A stretch of DNA of 64,000 nucleotides from a virus (IMGVR_UViG_3300032053_000007), one strand, 5' to 3'; counted from the stretch's first letter, positions 49,301-57,340 are shown. Translations and numbers: made by a program. The notes: a model not told the origin generated them from the sequence alone.

Positions 49301-49464
49301 TACGGGAAAACTTCATAGGATAAAGCGCAAACTCGCAAAACGCAAAGTCACGGGGGTCTGCCGTTGAACGTCCGAAAACTTAGACGTTTCTATTCAAGTC
49401 TGCCGACAGGCTCACATCACGGTCAACCGTTCGCACATGGCAAGTTTAGAGAGGGGTTGAAAGC

Positions 49465-49662
49465 GTGACGGATTTAAACTTAAAGGCTCTTCTGAAAAAT
49501 CACGATGTCCCTATTTGCATTGATGAGGCAGAATGTCCTCATAAGGTTCACAGAAAGAACCCCTATAAACCTCTATGCTTATTGCCTTTTCTTAACTATA
49601 AACATAAAGAATGCAAAGCGCAAAGATACCCAGACGCAAAGGAAAAGGTGAACTTTACATGA
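49465..49662 (+). CDS. VxFT-tail mini-protein
   Basis: GTG start; ends EKVNFT. Confidence 0.55.
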   Translation: MTDLNLKALLKNHDVPICIDEAECPHKVHRKNPYKPLCLLPFLNYKHKECKAQRYPDAKEKVNFT

Positions 49663-49952
49663 CGGGTAAATGGGTCTGGGATGGAACTAATTCGTGGAGA
49701 ATAGGAACCGAATTTCTTAGTTTAGACGTTTATGAAGATTGTGAAACTCATACTCCCAATGAATGTGAGTGCACAGAGATTTGGCTCAGAGATGATAAAA
49801 CAGGAAAATACGATACTGAGGGAATCTTTAACACTTATGAAGAGGCAAAAAGTCATGCTGAACAATTTATGAGAGAAAATCCGAATGGATGGCTTTTAAA
49901 GGACAGTTTAAAAACAGAATACGACAAAAGGGAAAAGGTGACGTTTACATGA
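49659..49952 (+). CDS. VxFT-tail protein
   Basis: trimmed to junction ATG; ends EKVTFT. Confidence 0.6.
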   Translation: MTGKWVWDGTNSWRIGTEFLSLDVYEDCETHTPNECECTEIWLRDDKTGKYDTEGIFNTYEEAKSHAEQFMRENPNGWLLKDSLKTEYDKREKVTFT

Positions 49953-50068
49953 CTGACTGTGCTATAATAGTGTTCGACAAAGATACAGGAAAACTTAGAT
50001 GTTTCATTCATACGGCAGAGTTTAATCGCTGGCTAGACAGAAGAAAAGAACGGGTGATTTTCTCGTGA
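49949..50068 (+). CDS. VxFS-tail mini-protein (39 aa)
   Basis: ends ERVIFS, GTGA junction. Confidence 0.45.
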   Translation: MTDCAIIVFDKDTGKLRCFIHTAEFNRWLDRRKERVIFS

Positions 50069-50259
50069 CGTTTCAAGTTGGCGATAAGGCAAAGCTAAAA
50101 TACGCTGGCTTTAGGCATTGCCCCAAAGGTTCATTTGTTAAAATTACAAGAATTATGTCAAACAGAACCATTGATATAAGATATAAAACCGAAAGGTATG
50201 TTGTATCTGATACAGATTTAATCGAATTACAACAAAAGGAGAAGGTATGTTTCACATGA
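50065..50259 (+). CDS. VxFT-tail mini-protein
   Basis: ends EKVCFT. Confidence 0.6.
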   Translation: MTFQVGDKAKLKYAGFRHCPKGSFVKITRIMSNRTIDIRYKTERYVVSDTDLIELQQKEKVCFT

Positions 50260-50462
50260 CAACAATAGACGATAACGGTTATATCGAGTACGATTATGAG
50301 GATTTGTGTACGGAATGCAAGATGCACGATAAATGTCACGAAAACAGTATTGATTATGATGAAATTGATAAATGTTGTCAAGAACTTAATTCTCAAATGA
50401 AAGCGCGAGGAACCAAACTATATAAAACCCCAGAGCCAAAAGAGAAGGTGTTATTCACATGA
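50256..50462 (+). CDS. acidic Cys-rich VxFT-tail mini-protein
   Basis: trimmed to junction ATG; CTECKMHDKC; ends EKVLFT. Confidence 0.6.
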   Translation: MTTIDDNGYIEYDYEDLCTECKMHDKCHENSIDYDEIDKCCQELNSQMKARGTKLYKTPEPKEKVLFT

Positions 50463-50605
50463 CGGGCGTTCTCGTTATACCGTGTTCAAAATGTGGCAGA
50501 CCTCTCAATATTCCCGTTAAAAACTATGCGGATGCAAAGAAGATAGGTTCAAGAATGTGTAAGCAATGCAACAACAAAGGAAGAGAAAAGGTCTGTTTCA
50601 CATGA
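50459..50605 (+). CDS. zinc-ribbon VxFT-tail mini-protein (48 aa)
   Basis: CSKCG..CKQC; ends EKVCFT. Confidence 0.55.
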   Translation: MTGVLVIPCSKCGRPLNIPVKNYADAKKIGSRMCKQCNNKGREKVCFT

Positions 50606-50820
50606 TTTGTTCTAAATGTGGAAACGAGTTCAAACAACGAATTAACGAGAAATTATGCTTTAATTGTATGATGTACGAGCTAGACAGGCTCAGAGAGCAA
50701 GGCGAACGCATAGACAAGTTACTTTCCGATAACCCAGAGATAATGGAACTCTTAGACAAAATGAAGGCGCGAGAGATTATTAACCGTCTAAAGGGACGGG
50801 AAACGGTGACGTTCACATGA
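50602..50820 (+). CDS. zinc-ribbon VxFT-tail mini-protein
   Basis: trimmed to junction ATG; CSKCG..CFNC; ends ETVTFT. Confidence 0.6.
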   Translation: MICSKCGNEFKQRINEKLCFNCMMYELDRLREQGERIDKLLSDNPEIMELLDKMKAREIINRLKGRETVTFT

Positions 50821-50996
50821 TTTGTAAAGTTTGTGGAAAGAGATTCACTTGCAATAATATATGTGATAGTTTGCATAAATTGAGCGCGAACGTGTGTTAT
50901 TGCAAACCATGTTCAATAGAAAGAGGATTCAAAGGCAATACCCTAAATGTTTGTTATAAAAAGGCTAACGAAAAAGAACAGGTCGAGTTCACATGA
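50817..50996 (+). CDS. ZR-F family zinc-ribbon mini-protein (59 aa)
   Basis: CKVCGKRFTCNNIC..CYCKPC; ends EQVEFT. Confidence 0.6.
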   Translation: MICKVCGKRFTCNNICDSLHKLSANVCYCKPCSIERGFKGNTLNVCYKKANEKEQVEFT

Positions 50997-51232
50997 TAAA
51001 TTCAAACCGTAAAAAGTGTTGTATTTGCGGTAAAAAAGGTTATGCAAATTATCACGATATACAGACTGAGGAAAAACTTTATCTTTGCGACTCACATGGT
51101 ATTTTGTGGGAAAAATCACAAGAACGACATGACTTCTTTCACGATAGAAGAGATAATACTTGGGAGTCTTTTTTCAAAAAGTGGCTATTAAAACGCAAAG
51201 TAACAACAAAAGAGAAGGTCAATTTCACTTGA
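50993..51232 (+). CDS. zinc-ribbon VxFT-tail mini-protein (ZR-W-like)
   Basis: CCICGK..CDSHGILW; ends EKVNFT. Confidence 0.6.
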   Translation: MINSNRKKCCICGKKGYANYHDIQTEEKLYLCDSHGILWEKSQERHDFFHDRRDNTWESFFKKWLLKRKVTTKEKVNFT

Positions 51233-51456
51233 AAGAGAAAGGTTGCTTTAACTGTTCGAACAAGAGGAATCTCGACAAGATTTATTATAAATGCACAGAG
51301 ATGCGCTCACAACCTAACTTAACTGAACCGAACGGGAAAGCTACAGGATTTTTAAGGGACGTGAAAACTCCGTTAGGTAGTCCTAGACATTCTTATCGTT
51401 TAGGTTGTTCATGTGAGTATTGGAAGAGTGAACGGGAAACGGTTGAATTTACATGA
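51229..51456 (+). CDS. GCFNC family mini-protein
   Basis: trimmed to junction TTG; KGCFNC..YRLGCSC; ends ETVEFT. Confidence 0.6.
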   Translation: MKEKGCFNCSNKRNLDKIYYKCTEMRSQPNLTEPNGKATGFLRDVKTPLGSPRHSYRLGCSCEYWKSERETVEFT

Positions 51457-51695
51457 CAAAATTTAAAGGACGTTGTAGAAAATGCAAAAGAATAGTTAGC
51501 GGTCAATTTCCAATTAAACTATTATTGGCTGTTCTCTGCGAAAGTTGTAACGAAGAATGGAAGAGATATTTTTCAAAAAGGTTTGACAAAGAACATGGGA
51601 CGCTTTTAGGTTTTCATACGCCCATTGAAGAATGGGAAAAGGAAAAGTGGTTTAAGGATTTTCTCAACAGCAAAGAGAAGGTAGAGTTTACATGA
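51453..51695 (+). CDS. ZR-W family zinc-ribbon mini-protein
   Basis: CRKCK..CESCNEEW; ends EKVEFT. Confidence 0.65.
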   Translation: MTKFKGRCRKCKRIVSGQFPIKLLLAVLCESCNEEWKRYFSKRFDKEHGTLLGFHTPIEEWEKEKWFKDFLNSKEKVEFT

Positions 51696-51907
51696 TTCAA
51701 CTAACAAAAACCGATTATAATATTTGTATTTCATCAATAAGCTATTATAGTTGCACTAATTGTTGGAAAAACAGCCTAAAAGTTTATCGTTTGAAAGGAA
51801 AAGTACAAGAAAGAGGAAAAATTGGCATAACTTTAACGTGGCTCTGCCCTGACTGTTTCGAAAAAATCATCAAAAAGAAAGACATAGAACAGGTTCAATT
51901 TACATAA
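51692..51907 (+). CDS. zinc-ribbon VxFT-tail mini-protein
   Basis: CTNC..CPDC; ends EQVQFT with ACATAA (no start formed). Confidence 0.6.
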   Translation: MIQLTKTDYNICISSISYYSCTNCWKNSLKVYRLKGKVQERGKIGITLTWLCPDCFEKIIKKKDIEQVQFT

Positions 51908-51948
51908 ACCATAACCTTTATAAGCAACTTCTACTATTTTATCTTTAG

Positions 51949-52275
51949 ATGATTCAGATGCGATTAAAGTCTATTGGAAATTTTGACGTTGAAATAAAAG
52001 AGAAAACTGAATCACAAAAAAAGAGACAACGAGAACAAATAAAAATGTGGGGAAAAAAACACCCAGAGCGAACTAAAATGAAGAATGCAAAACGGCGAGA
52101 ATTAGGGTTTGACCCTTTTAATGGGAGATTTATTGGCTCTGTTGCTCATCATATAGATTTTGAATGTGTTATCTATATTCCCAGAGAACTTCATATTTCT
52201 ATTCATCATTGCGTTTGGACAGGTCAGGGTATGGCAGAAATAAATGATAAAGTTTTCGAATGGCTTACCACATAA
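51949..52275 (+). CDS. HNH-like protein (weak)
   Basis: VAHHIDFE..LHISIHH; TATA 51917; alternative ATG 51958. Confidence 0.4.
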   Translation: MIQMRLKSIGNFDVEIKEKTESQKKRQREQIKMWGKKHPERTKMKNAKRRELGFDPFNGRFIGSVAHHIDFECVIYIPRELHISIHHCVWTGQGMAEINDKVFEWLTT

Positions 52276-52305
52276 ACGTGGCGACAAGTGGTTTTTAGCG
52301 AATTT

Positions 52306-52321
52306 TTAATCAGTTGATTAA
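52306..52321. promoter_or_regulatory. TTAATCA-NN-TGATTAA palindrome
   Basis: ttaatcagttgattaa, 3 nt upstream of box. Confidence 0.55.
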
Positions 52322-52323
52322 CT

Positions 52324-52356
52324 CGAACATGGACGTTCTAGGCGAAACTTTATATA
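52324..52356 (+). promoter_or_regulatory. GAGCATGG-box/TATA promoter cassette
   Basis: cGAACATGGacgTTCT..TTTATATA; offset 24. Confidence 0.6.
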
Positions 52357-52370
52357 GCGCGCTGTACTGA

Positions 52371-52386
52371 TTAATCAGTTGATTAA
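52371..52386. promoter_or_regulatory. TTAATCA-NN-TGATTAA palindrome on predicted TSS
   Basis: ttaatcagttgattaa. Confidence 0.55.
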
Positions 52387-52398
52387 TTGGTGAACGCG

Positions 52399-52782
52399 AT
52401 GAACACGGAGAAAATTTACTTCGATAACGCTGAACTCGATGGAACAGCTTTGGCTTCTGGGACTATTTCAAGATATGATACTAAAATTACCAAAGTTATC
52501 TATTCCATTGACGGTATAATCGCTGATGATATTGGTGCTGAGTTGTTCGTTCACGAATTCAATGAAGTTGCAATTTATGAAGTATTGAATCGAATTCTTC
52601 CATACGAAAGTTTATCAGCTATTTCTCACAACTTGAACGCTGAAAGCGATAACGAGTATGTAGAAGAGAGAAACCTTTTACATGGTTATGTAAAGAGCGA
52701 TAGACTTCCAGCTATTGACAAAGTTTTCACACAACAAGAAACAGACGAGTTTAGGGCAAGAGCAAACAAACCTAGACGATAA
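52399..52782 (+). CDS. hypothetical protein (paralog of 401..802)
   Basis: trimmed to ATG 52399 after SD TGGTGA; FVHEFNEVAIYEVL. Confidence 0.55.
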   Translation: MNTEKIYFDNAELDGTALASGTISRYDTKITKVIYSIDGIIADDIGAELFVHEFNEVAIYEVLNRILPYESLSAISHNLNAESDNEYVEERNLLHGYVKSDRLPAIDKVFTQQETDEFRARANKPRR

Positions 52783-52783
52783 A

Positions 52784-52816
52784 CGAGCATGGACTTTTTC
52801 CCGAAACATTTATATA
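52784..52816 (+). promoter_or_regulatory. GAGCATGG-box/TATA promoter cassette
   Basis: cGAGCATGGactTTTT..TTTATATA; offset 24. Confidence 0.6.
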
Positions 52817-52837
52817 CTTGATTGACATCTGTAATAA

Positions 52838-53090
52838 CATGACGCACTCGCGTCTAACTAAAGGGCGCGTAAGACCGAAGGACGCACAACGTCCAAAAAC
52901 TTACCGACCCTTCAAAGTCGCTAGGGTTACGTTCGAAATAAGCGACAAGAACGGAACCGCACAAGACCGAAGGTTTGTCTCGCGGTAAAACGGGGCATTC
53001 CACCAACTTGTGCTTCAACTGACAAAAAAACCACAAACCACGTCCGAAAACGGGGCATGGCACACTCTCCATGCCCCCTCTCTCCTTTTT
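52838..53090 (+). other. promoter-to-terminator unit: GC-rich RNA or leaderless 49-aa basic ORF (52838..52987)
   Basis: ATG at predicted TSS; atypically GC-rich; repeats aagaccgaagg x2 and aaacggggcat x2; ends in hairpin plus T5. Confidence 0.35.
53052..53090 (+). terminator. hairpin plus T-run terminator
   Basis: ggggcatgg-cacactct-ccatgcccc ..ccttttt. Confidence 0.55.
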
Positions 53091-53122
53091 AAGTATGGTC
53101 TTTCTATGACAAGGTTTATATA
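53091..53122 (+). promoter_or_regulatory. GAGCATGG-box/TATA promoter cassette (variant box)
   Basis: aAGTATGGtctTTCT..TTTATATA; offset 24. Confidence 0.55.
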
Positions 53123-53144
53123 GGACGCAGACATATTACTTTTG

Positions 53145-53262
53145 GGTTCGTGCGGAACACTCTCAGATAGTCGGCGAGTTAATGAGCCATGAAAAACCGC
53201 TAGGGTATGGGAGTTAGGCGTGGGTAATGGCACTCACGGTGTATCAGCCACACGAACTCACT
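53145..53262 (+). ncRNA. candidate small RNA (about 120 nt)
   Basis: cassette-driven; no ORF over 11 aa; terminal 10-bp stem gttcgtgcgg / ccacacgaac. Confidence 0.4.
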
Positions 53263-53265
53263 AAT

Positions 53266-53298
53266 TGAATATGGTCTTTCTTAGCGAAAGTTTATATA
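53266..53298 (+). promoter_or_regulatory. GAGCATGG-box/TATA promoter cassette (variant box)
   Basis: tGAATATGGtctTTCT..TTTATATA; offset 24. Confidence 0.55.
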
Positions 53299-53319
53299 GT
53301 TGGGTGTGTATTATACTCT

Positions 53320-53436
53320 TCCGCACGTTGAAAAATCCTTATGCGGTGCGATACGACATAGGGCAAATTTCAACCTCTACATTAAATAAAACTAGGGTCA
53401 CGGCGAAACGCACTAGCCAAGACCCCCCTAAAATTT
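53320..53436 (+). ncRNA. candidate small RNA (about 115 nt)
   Basis: cassette-driven; no ORF over 6 aa before next cassette. Confidence 0.4.
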
Positions 53437-53469
53437 TGAGCACGTTCTTTCTTAGCAAACCTTTATATA
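53437..53469 (+). promoter_or_regulatory. GAGCATGG-box/TATA promoter cassette (variant box)
   Basis: tGAGCACGTtctTTCT..TTTATATA; offset 24. Confidence 0.6.
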
Positions 53470-53503
53470 GGACGGCGAACACTACATCTCAAAGGTTGAA
53501 ACT

Positions 53504-53893
53504 ATGAAATTGCAAGAACTTAGGGAAAAGTTGACATCGAAGGACGTTAAACCCTCAGAGTCATGGCTAGAAAATCAATATCCAGCACAACCATCTGAAC
53601 GATACTCTAAGCTAACATATTTGAACCTAGCGAACATTGAGGACAATTTCGGCAAAGAGGCAAAAGAACAACTAGAAAAATATCTTCTAAAGAACCCAGA
53701 AAAACGTGTCGTTGTTCTCGCGGAACTCACAGAGAAGGGCAATGTCAAAAAGCGACCCAGAATCTTCGTAGATTCAGGTGTTGGTTATGACAACTTTGCG
53801 TCATACTACGGAATCTATGAGCTATTCGCGTGTTCCGTTCACATGCACGGATTCATTGAAGTTTTCCAGAATATCAAAGACGGACAACAATAG
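53504..53893 (+). CDS. hypothetical protein
   Basis: track ORF. Confidence 0.6.
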   Translation: MKLQELREKLTSKDVKPSESWLENQYPAQPSERYSKLTYLNLANIEDNFGKEAKEQLEKYLLKNPEKRVVVLAELTEKGNVKKRPRIFVDSGVGYDNFASYYGIYELFACSVHMHGFIEVFQNIKDGQQ

Positions 53894-53904
53894 GTGACTG
53901 AGCA

Positions 53905-54252
53905 ATGAAGAACTTCCTAACATCAAAAGACAAATTCCCACCCGTCCATTGCAATGTTTTCCAAGACTATGACAGATTAGACGCGCTGGCAAAGAAACGG
54001 GGCTACCACGCTATTGAACTAGGAAATGACGACAAAATTACGACCCGTTCAGGCACAGGGCTTCAAAATGAACACCTTCATTCTGGATGGATAACAACTA
54101 TGGGTGAATCTGGAACAGACCCGAAAGCAATGACCGAATTGCTGAAAGACAAGATAAAAGAGTGCGAAACGCGCGGAGAAACCGTTATTATTGGCTTCTG
54201 CCAAACGGGATGGTTCTCAGTCGGATATACGCTTTACTTGAAGGACGCTTAA
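53905..54252 (+). CDS. hypothetical protein
   Basis: track ORF. Confidence 0.6.
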   Translation: MKNFLTSKDKFPPVHCNVFQDYDRLDALAKKRGYHAIELGNDDKITTRSGTGLQNEHLHSGWITTMGESGTDPKAMTELLKDKIKECETRGETVIIGFCQTGWFSVGYTLYLKDA

Positions 54253-54255
54253 GCC

Positions 54256-54435
54256 ATGATGGACAAAGAGTTTAAGGTCAAAATAACCCCTAAACAAGCT
54301 CGATACGTCATAAAGCTCTTGAAAGATGCCGTAAAGACGAAAAGACGCAAAAAACAGCAAAACATCGACAGCATTGAAATACTCGTCACGGACATCGACA
54401 TTCAGGTATCAACCGAGAACACACGATTTCTCTAA
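54256..54435 (+). CDS. small basic protein (59 aa), possible DNA binder
   Basis: below cutoff; KVKITPKQARYVIKLLKD strand-helix pattern (weak). Confidence 0.4.
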   Translation: MMDKEFKVKITPKQARYVIKLLKDAVKTKRRKKQQNIDSIEILVTDIDIQVSTENTRFL

Positions 54436-54450
54436 CCTTCTCTTTTTTTG
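54436..54450 (+). terminator. oligo-T terminator
   Basis: ccttctctttttttg. Confidence 0.5.
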
Positions 54451-54481
54451 TGCATGGACGTTCTACCACAATCTTTATATA
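54449..54481 (+). promoter_or_regulatory. GAGCATGG-box/TATA promoter cassette (variant box)
   Basis: tGTGCATGGacgTTCT..TTTATATA; offset 24; about 105-nt leader. Confidence 0.55.
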
Positions 54482-54608
54482 GCTGTTTGATTATTGTATT
54501 ACTCGTATGAGCACGGGAACAAGGTTTCCAAACTACGTCCTTAGCTGACGAGTGATGGACGCTTATTGGAGAATCGTCCGTGTTCCGCGCTAATCTAAGT
54601 GGTCTAAA

Positions 54609-54746
54609 ATGATAACACTAAAAACCGTGATTAAGAAAGTAAAAGAGAACGCTGGCATAATCATGGCATTTGCCCCGATAGCCTTTTTCGTAGTTGTAAT
54701 AGCTCTAATACTTTCTGGAATACTCAAAGTTCACATTGAATTTTGA
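54609..54746 (+). CDS. small TM protein (45 aa)
   Basis: hydrophobic core; TGA opens cassette 54744. Confidence 0.45.
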   Translation: MITLKTVIKKVKENAGIIMAFAPIAFFVVVIALILSGILKVHIEF

Positions 54747-54776
54747 GCATGGACGTTCTTAGGAAACCTTTATATA
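54744..54776 (+). promoter_or_regulatory. GAGCATGG-box/TATA promoter cassette
   Basis: tGAGCATGGacgTTCT..TTTATATA; offset 24. Confidence 0.65.
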
Positions 54777-54809
54777 GCTCGGTGTTGTTGTTATTATCAA
54801 GTGAACAAG

Positions 54810-55028
54810 ATGGTCAAGCAAAAAATAGGATTCTTTAAGTGGCTCTACACAAGAACCATCGAAGTCATACGTGACCCTCTAACCCAAAGTATAGGGGCAA
54901 TTCTGGGTGGAATTTTCATTTTCGCTTTTTCTGCTACTTTTGGTGCGCTATTCTCGCCTCTTCTATTTTTGGGTGTCCCTGTTGGAATATTGGTACTACT
55001 CTACGGAGTCTATAAAGTCGAACACTAG
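54810..55028 (+). CDS. small 2-TM membrane protein
   Basis: trimmed to ATG 54810. Confidence 0.55.
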   Translation: MVKQKIGFFKWLYTRTIEVIRDPLTQSIGAILGGIFIFAFSATFGALFSPLLFLGVPVGILVLLYGVYKVEH

Positions 55029-55031
55029 ATT

Positions 55032-55064
55032 CGAGCATGGTCTTTCTACCACAACCTTTATATA
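55032..55064 (+). promoter_or_regulatory. GAGCATGG-box/TATA promoter cassette
   Basis: cGAGCATGGtctTTCT..TTTATATA; offset 24; no CDS downstream. Confidence 0.6.
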
Positions 55065-55089
55065 CCCGTTTGACATACTACTCTATCAA

Positions 55090-55147
55090 GGGCGAAGGGA
55101 TATTGTTCCATTTTTTCACCGTCCTTTCTCGCGCTTTCCCTTCGCCC
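55090..55147 (+). other. 11-bp perfect hairpin at 5-prime end of a noncoding transcript
   Basis: gggcgaaggga (55090) / tcccttcgccc (55137), followed by C/T-rich tract to about 55330. Confidence 0.4.
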
Positions 55148-55335
55148 GTTCTACTCATTCCTTCTAACCTCTCTAACCCTCTACAAACTTAGACGATTTC
55201 ACTAACACTTTTTGTTAAAGACCTCAGAACCCCCGACCCAGAGAGCCTTTACACTTTTTGATTTCACCACGTCAACCGAAACTGACCCAAGTTCTGCCCA
55301 AGCCGTCTTGAGCCTCTCTCACGAAACCCAGATTT

Positions 55336-55351
55336 TTAATCAACTGATTAA
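55336..55351. promoter_or_regulatory. TTAATCA-NN-TGATTAA palindrome
   Basis: ttaatcaactgattaa. Confidence 0.55.
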
Positions 55352-55672
55352 CGAATCGTAGCTCGTAACGAGGCTGTGCACCCTTTACCCCGACCTCTAA
55401 CCATATAACACAAATTGTTAAGCAAATTCCCGAACCCCAGAGAACCCACGTCCGACCCCTAACCCAGACCCTCTAACGACCTCTAATCACTAACCCCCCC
55501 AAGAGAGCCATATACCCCCAAAAGTGGAGTCCATGCTTAAAAGAAATGCTCGATAAAAGATACTGATGACCTTTACATACGTAAAGGAAAGGGTTGTCAT
55601 ACGTAAAGGGTCTATGGAGTGGAATGTTGGCATACGACAACGGCGTGATTGACATAGTGCTGTAGCTCTATT

Positions 55673-55688
55673 TTAAACAGGTGATTAA
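55673..55688. promoter_or_regulatory. palindrome (one mismatch)
   Basis: ttaaacaggtgattaa. Confidence 0.5.
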
Positions 55689-55813
55689 CGACCCCATTAT
55701 AAAGAAGTCCCCCCCCTCTAGCTCCCCTGAATGCCAAAACAAGCCTAGAAAAAAGACGTTTTGGCAAACGGTGACTTTATTATCCGAAAGGCTCGCGGAA
55801 CTGTGGAGAATTT

Positions 55814-55829
55814 TTAATCAGGTGATTAA
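55814..55829. promoter_or_regulatory. TTAATCA-NN-TGATTAA palindrome
   Basis: ttaatcaggtgattaa. Confidence 0.55.
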
Positions 55830-56192
55830 GCAGGGCGAACCGACAGGTAGAAGGGACGGCGTGAACTCTCTGACCAGAAAATAATTGGAACCAAAAAAAC
55901 GCCTATGTGCGCTTATGTGATATTCTCAGTTGCATTCTATGGACAATTTCCTGTTAACCGAGGCGTTACCCCAAAAGTTGCACTTTTTGTTACACTAGAA
56001 GTTGTGCTAGACCAAAACGTTTATATACCCCCTATTTAAGCGTATCGCCGATAGCCTTATATAGTAGCTATTTAAACCTATCGGTTGCTTATATATGTGC
56101 AAACTTAGCAAAATTCGAACCATAAAGTACAACTCTCTATTATCACGTCCTTCGAACCATATACCGCAACTCTTATATAGATGCCATACTTA

Positions 56193-56225
56193 CTTATAAA
56201 CGTTTGCCCAGAACGACCATGCTCG
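56193..56225 (-). promoter_or_regulatory. GAGCATGG-box/TATA promoter cassette (minus strand)
   Basis: reverse complement reads cGAGCATGGtcgTTCT..TTTATAAG; offset 24; no convincing CDS downstream. Confidence 0.5.
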
Positions 56226-56346
56226 ATTTAGAGGCTGATTCAGGGCGGAAACAACTAACGGAGCACACTTACAGATTCGAACTCGCGCCGATGACTAGCT
56301 CTGAGACTGATTAACTAAAACGAACGTCATCGAACGGTGAATTCAT

Positions 56347-56526
56347 TAGGACTGATGACAATTTTGACGTTCTAACATTACCCCGAACTCCACGATTTAG
56401 CCTTATTCGACTAAACGGGGCGTACTCGCTCAATATCGTTGAGCAAATATAAAGGGAATTGAGCGTATTGCTCCGAACGACCCGCTCACAGGTTGATTTT
56501 AGAAAACGGGCATTATCCACAGTCCT
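56347..56526 (+). repeat. conserved 180-nt noncoding element, copy 2
   Basis: same landmarks and spacing as 42341-42520; hairpin cgctcaat/attgagcg shows a compensatory T-A to C-G change. Confidence 0.5.
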
Positions 56527-56792
56527 ACCCGCCATTGCTGGCGCGAACGGGCTTCGAACTTGGTTGTACTTTGAGTTACATTGAATATACATCATGCGTT
56601 ACTATGTAATATACGCTTAACGCGAACAACTCCAACTCTCTCAAACATACGTTCTCAGCGCACTATATATACGTTTGCTTTTTCCTGTACGACACATCTA
56701 CAAGTCAATGGTCGAACTGTTGGTTTAAGCTACACTTTAATGGAAACGTTTATAAGAGAGGGTGCGAACGTTATTCTAAGGACGTGAAACAC

Positions 56793-57287
56793 TTGAACGA
56801 TAAGGACGAATTGACACGACTTGAAAACTTAGCGCAAAAACTAGGTTTTACCGTGATATATAATTTAACCCTTAGCTGGAATCATTCGAAGGTTTCCTTT
56901 TATCCATGTCGAAGAATCCTTATCGGAACTAAGAACTATTCACCAAATTCAAATATCGGTTATGGAACCATACCTGATAAGGTTAAAGCGTTAATTCTGA
57001 ATCACGAGCTAGGGCATATTGTCGTATATGAAACGCTTTACCCTAACATGGATTTAGCTGATTTTTGTCTCTCAAATGATTCAAAATTCTTGGTACAACA
57101 AGAGATGTACGCATGGAAAACCGCAATAAATGAATCGCTCGATGATAATTCTGACCCTCTAGTGTTGGAATTGATACAAGAATCGATAAACCAATACATT
57201 TATTGTGAGTATATCGGAACATGCACAATAGAATCTCAGCAAGAACTACAGCAAAAAATAATTACTAAGTTTACACGTACAAAATAG
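56793..57287 (+). CDS. small HExxH metallopeptidase-like protein
   Basis: LNHELGHIVVYE; TTG 56793 six nt after AAGGACGTG (track used GTG 56784). Confidence 0.55.
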   Translation: MNDKDELTRLENLAQKLGFTVIYNLTLSWNHSKVSFYPCRRILIGTKNYSPNSNIGYGTIPDKVKALILNHELGHIVVYETLYPNMDLADFCLSNDSKFLVQQEMYAWKTAINESLDDNSDPLVLELIQESINQYIYCEYIGTCTIESQQELQQKIITKFTRTK

Positions 57288-57340
57288 TACACAAAGGTTT
57301 ATTAAGGACGGTGCTATTATACTCTTAAGGACGTGGAAAG

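Larger units (their letters stand above)
55330..56780. repeat. noncoding hub E (paralogous to hubs A and B)
   Basis: 3 palindromes, ctctagctcccct..aaaaagacgtt, acgcctatgtgcgcttatgtga, TATA-like array, minus-strand cassette, 180-nt element copy 2. Confidence 0.6.

Noticed and set aside
56120-56140. A tRNA-like T-loop (GGTTCGAAT on the minus strand), and a general search for tRNAs.
   Set aside because: There are no flanking acceptor or T-stem complementarity and no D or anticodon arms. I could not assemble a cloverleaf anywhere in the window by eye. tRNAscan-SE should confirm.
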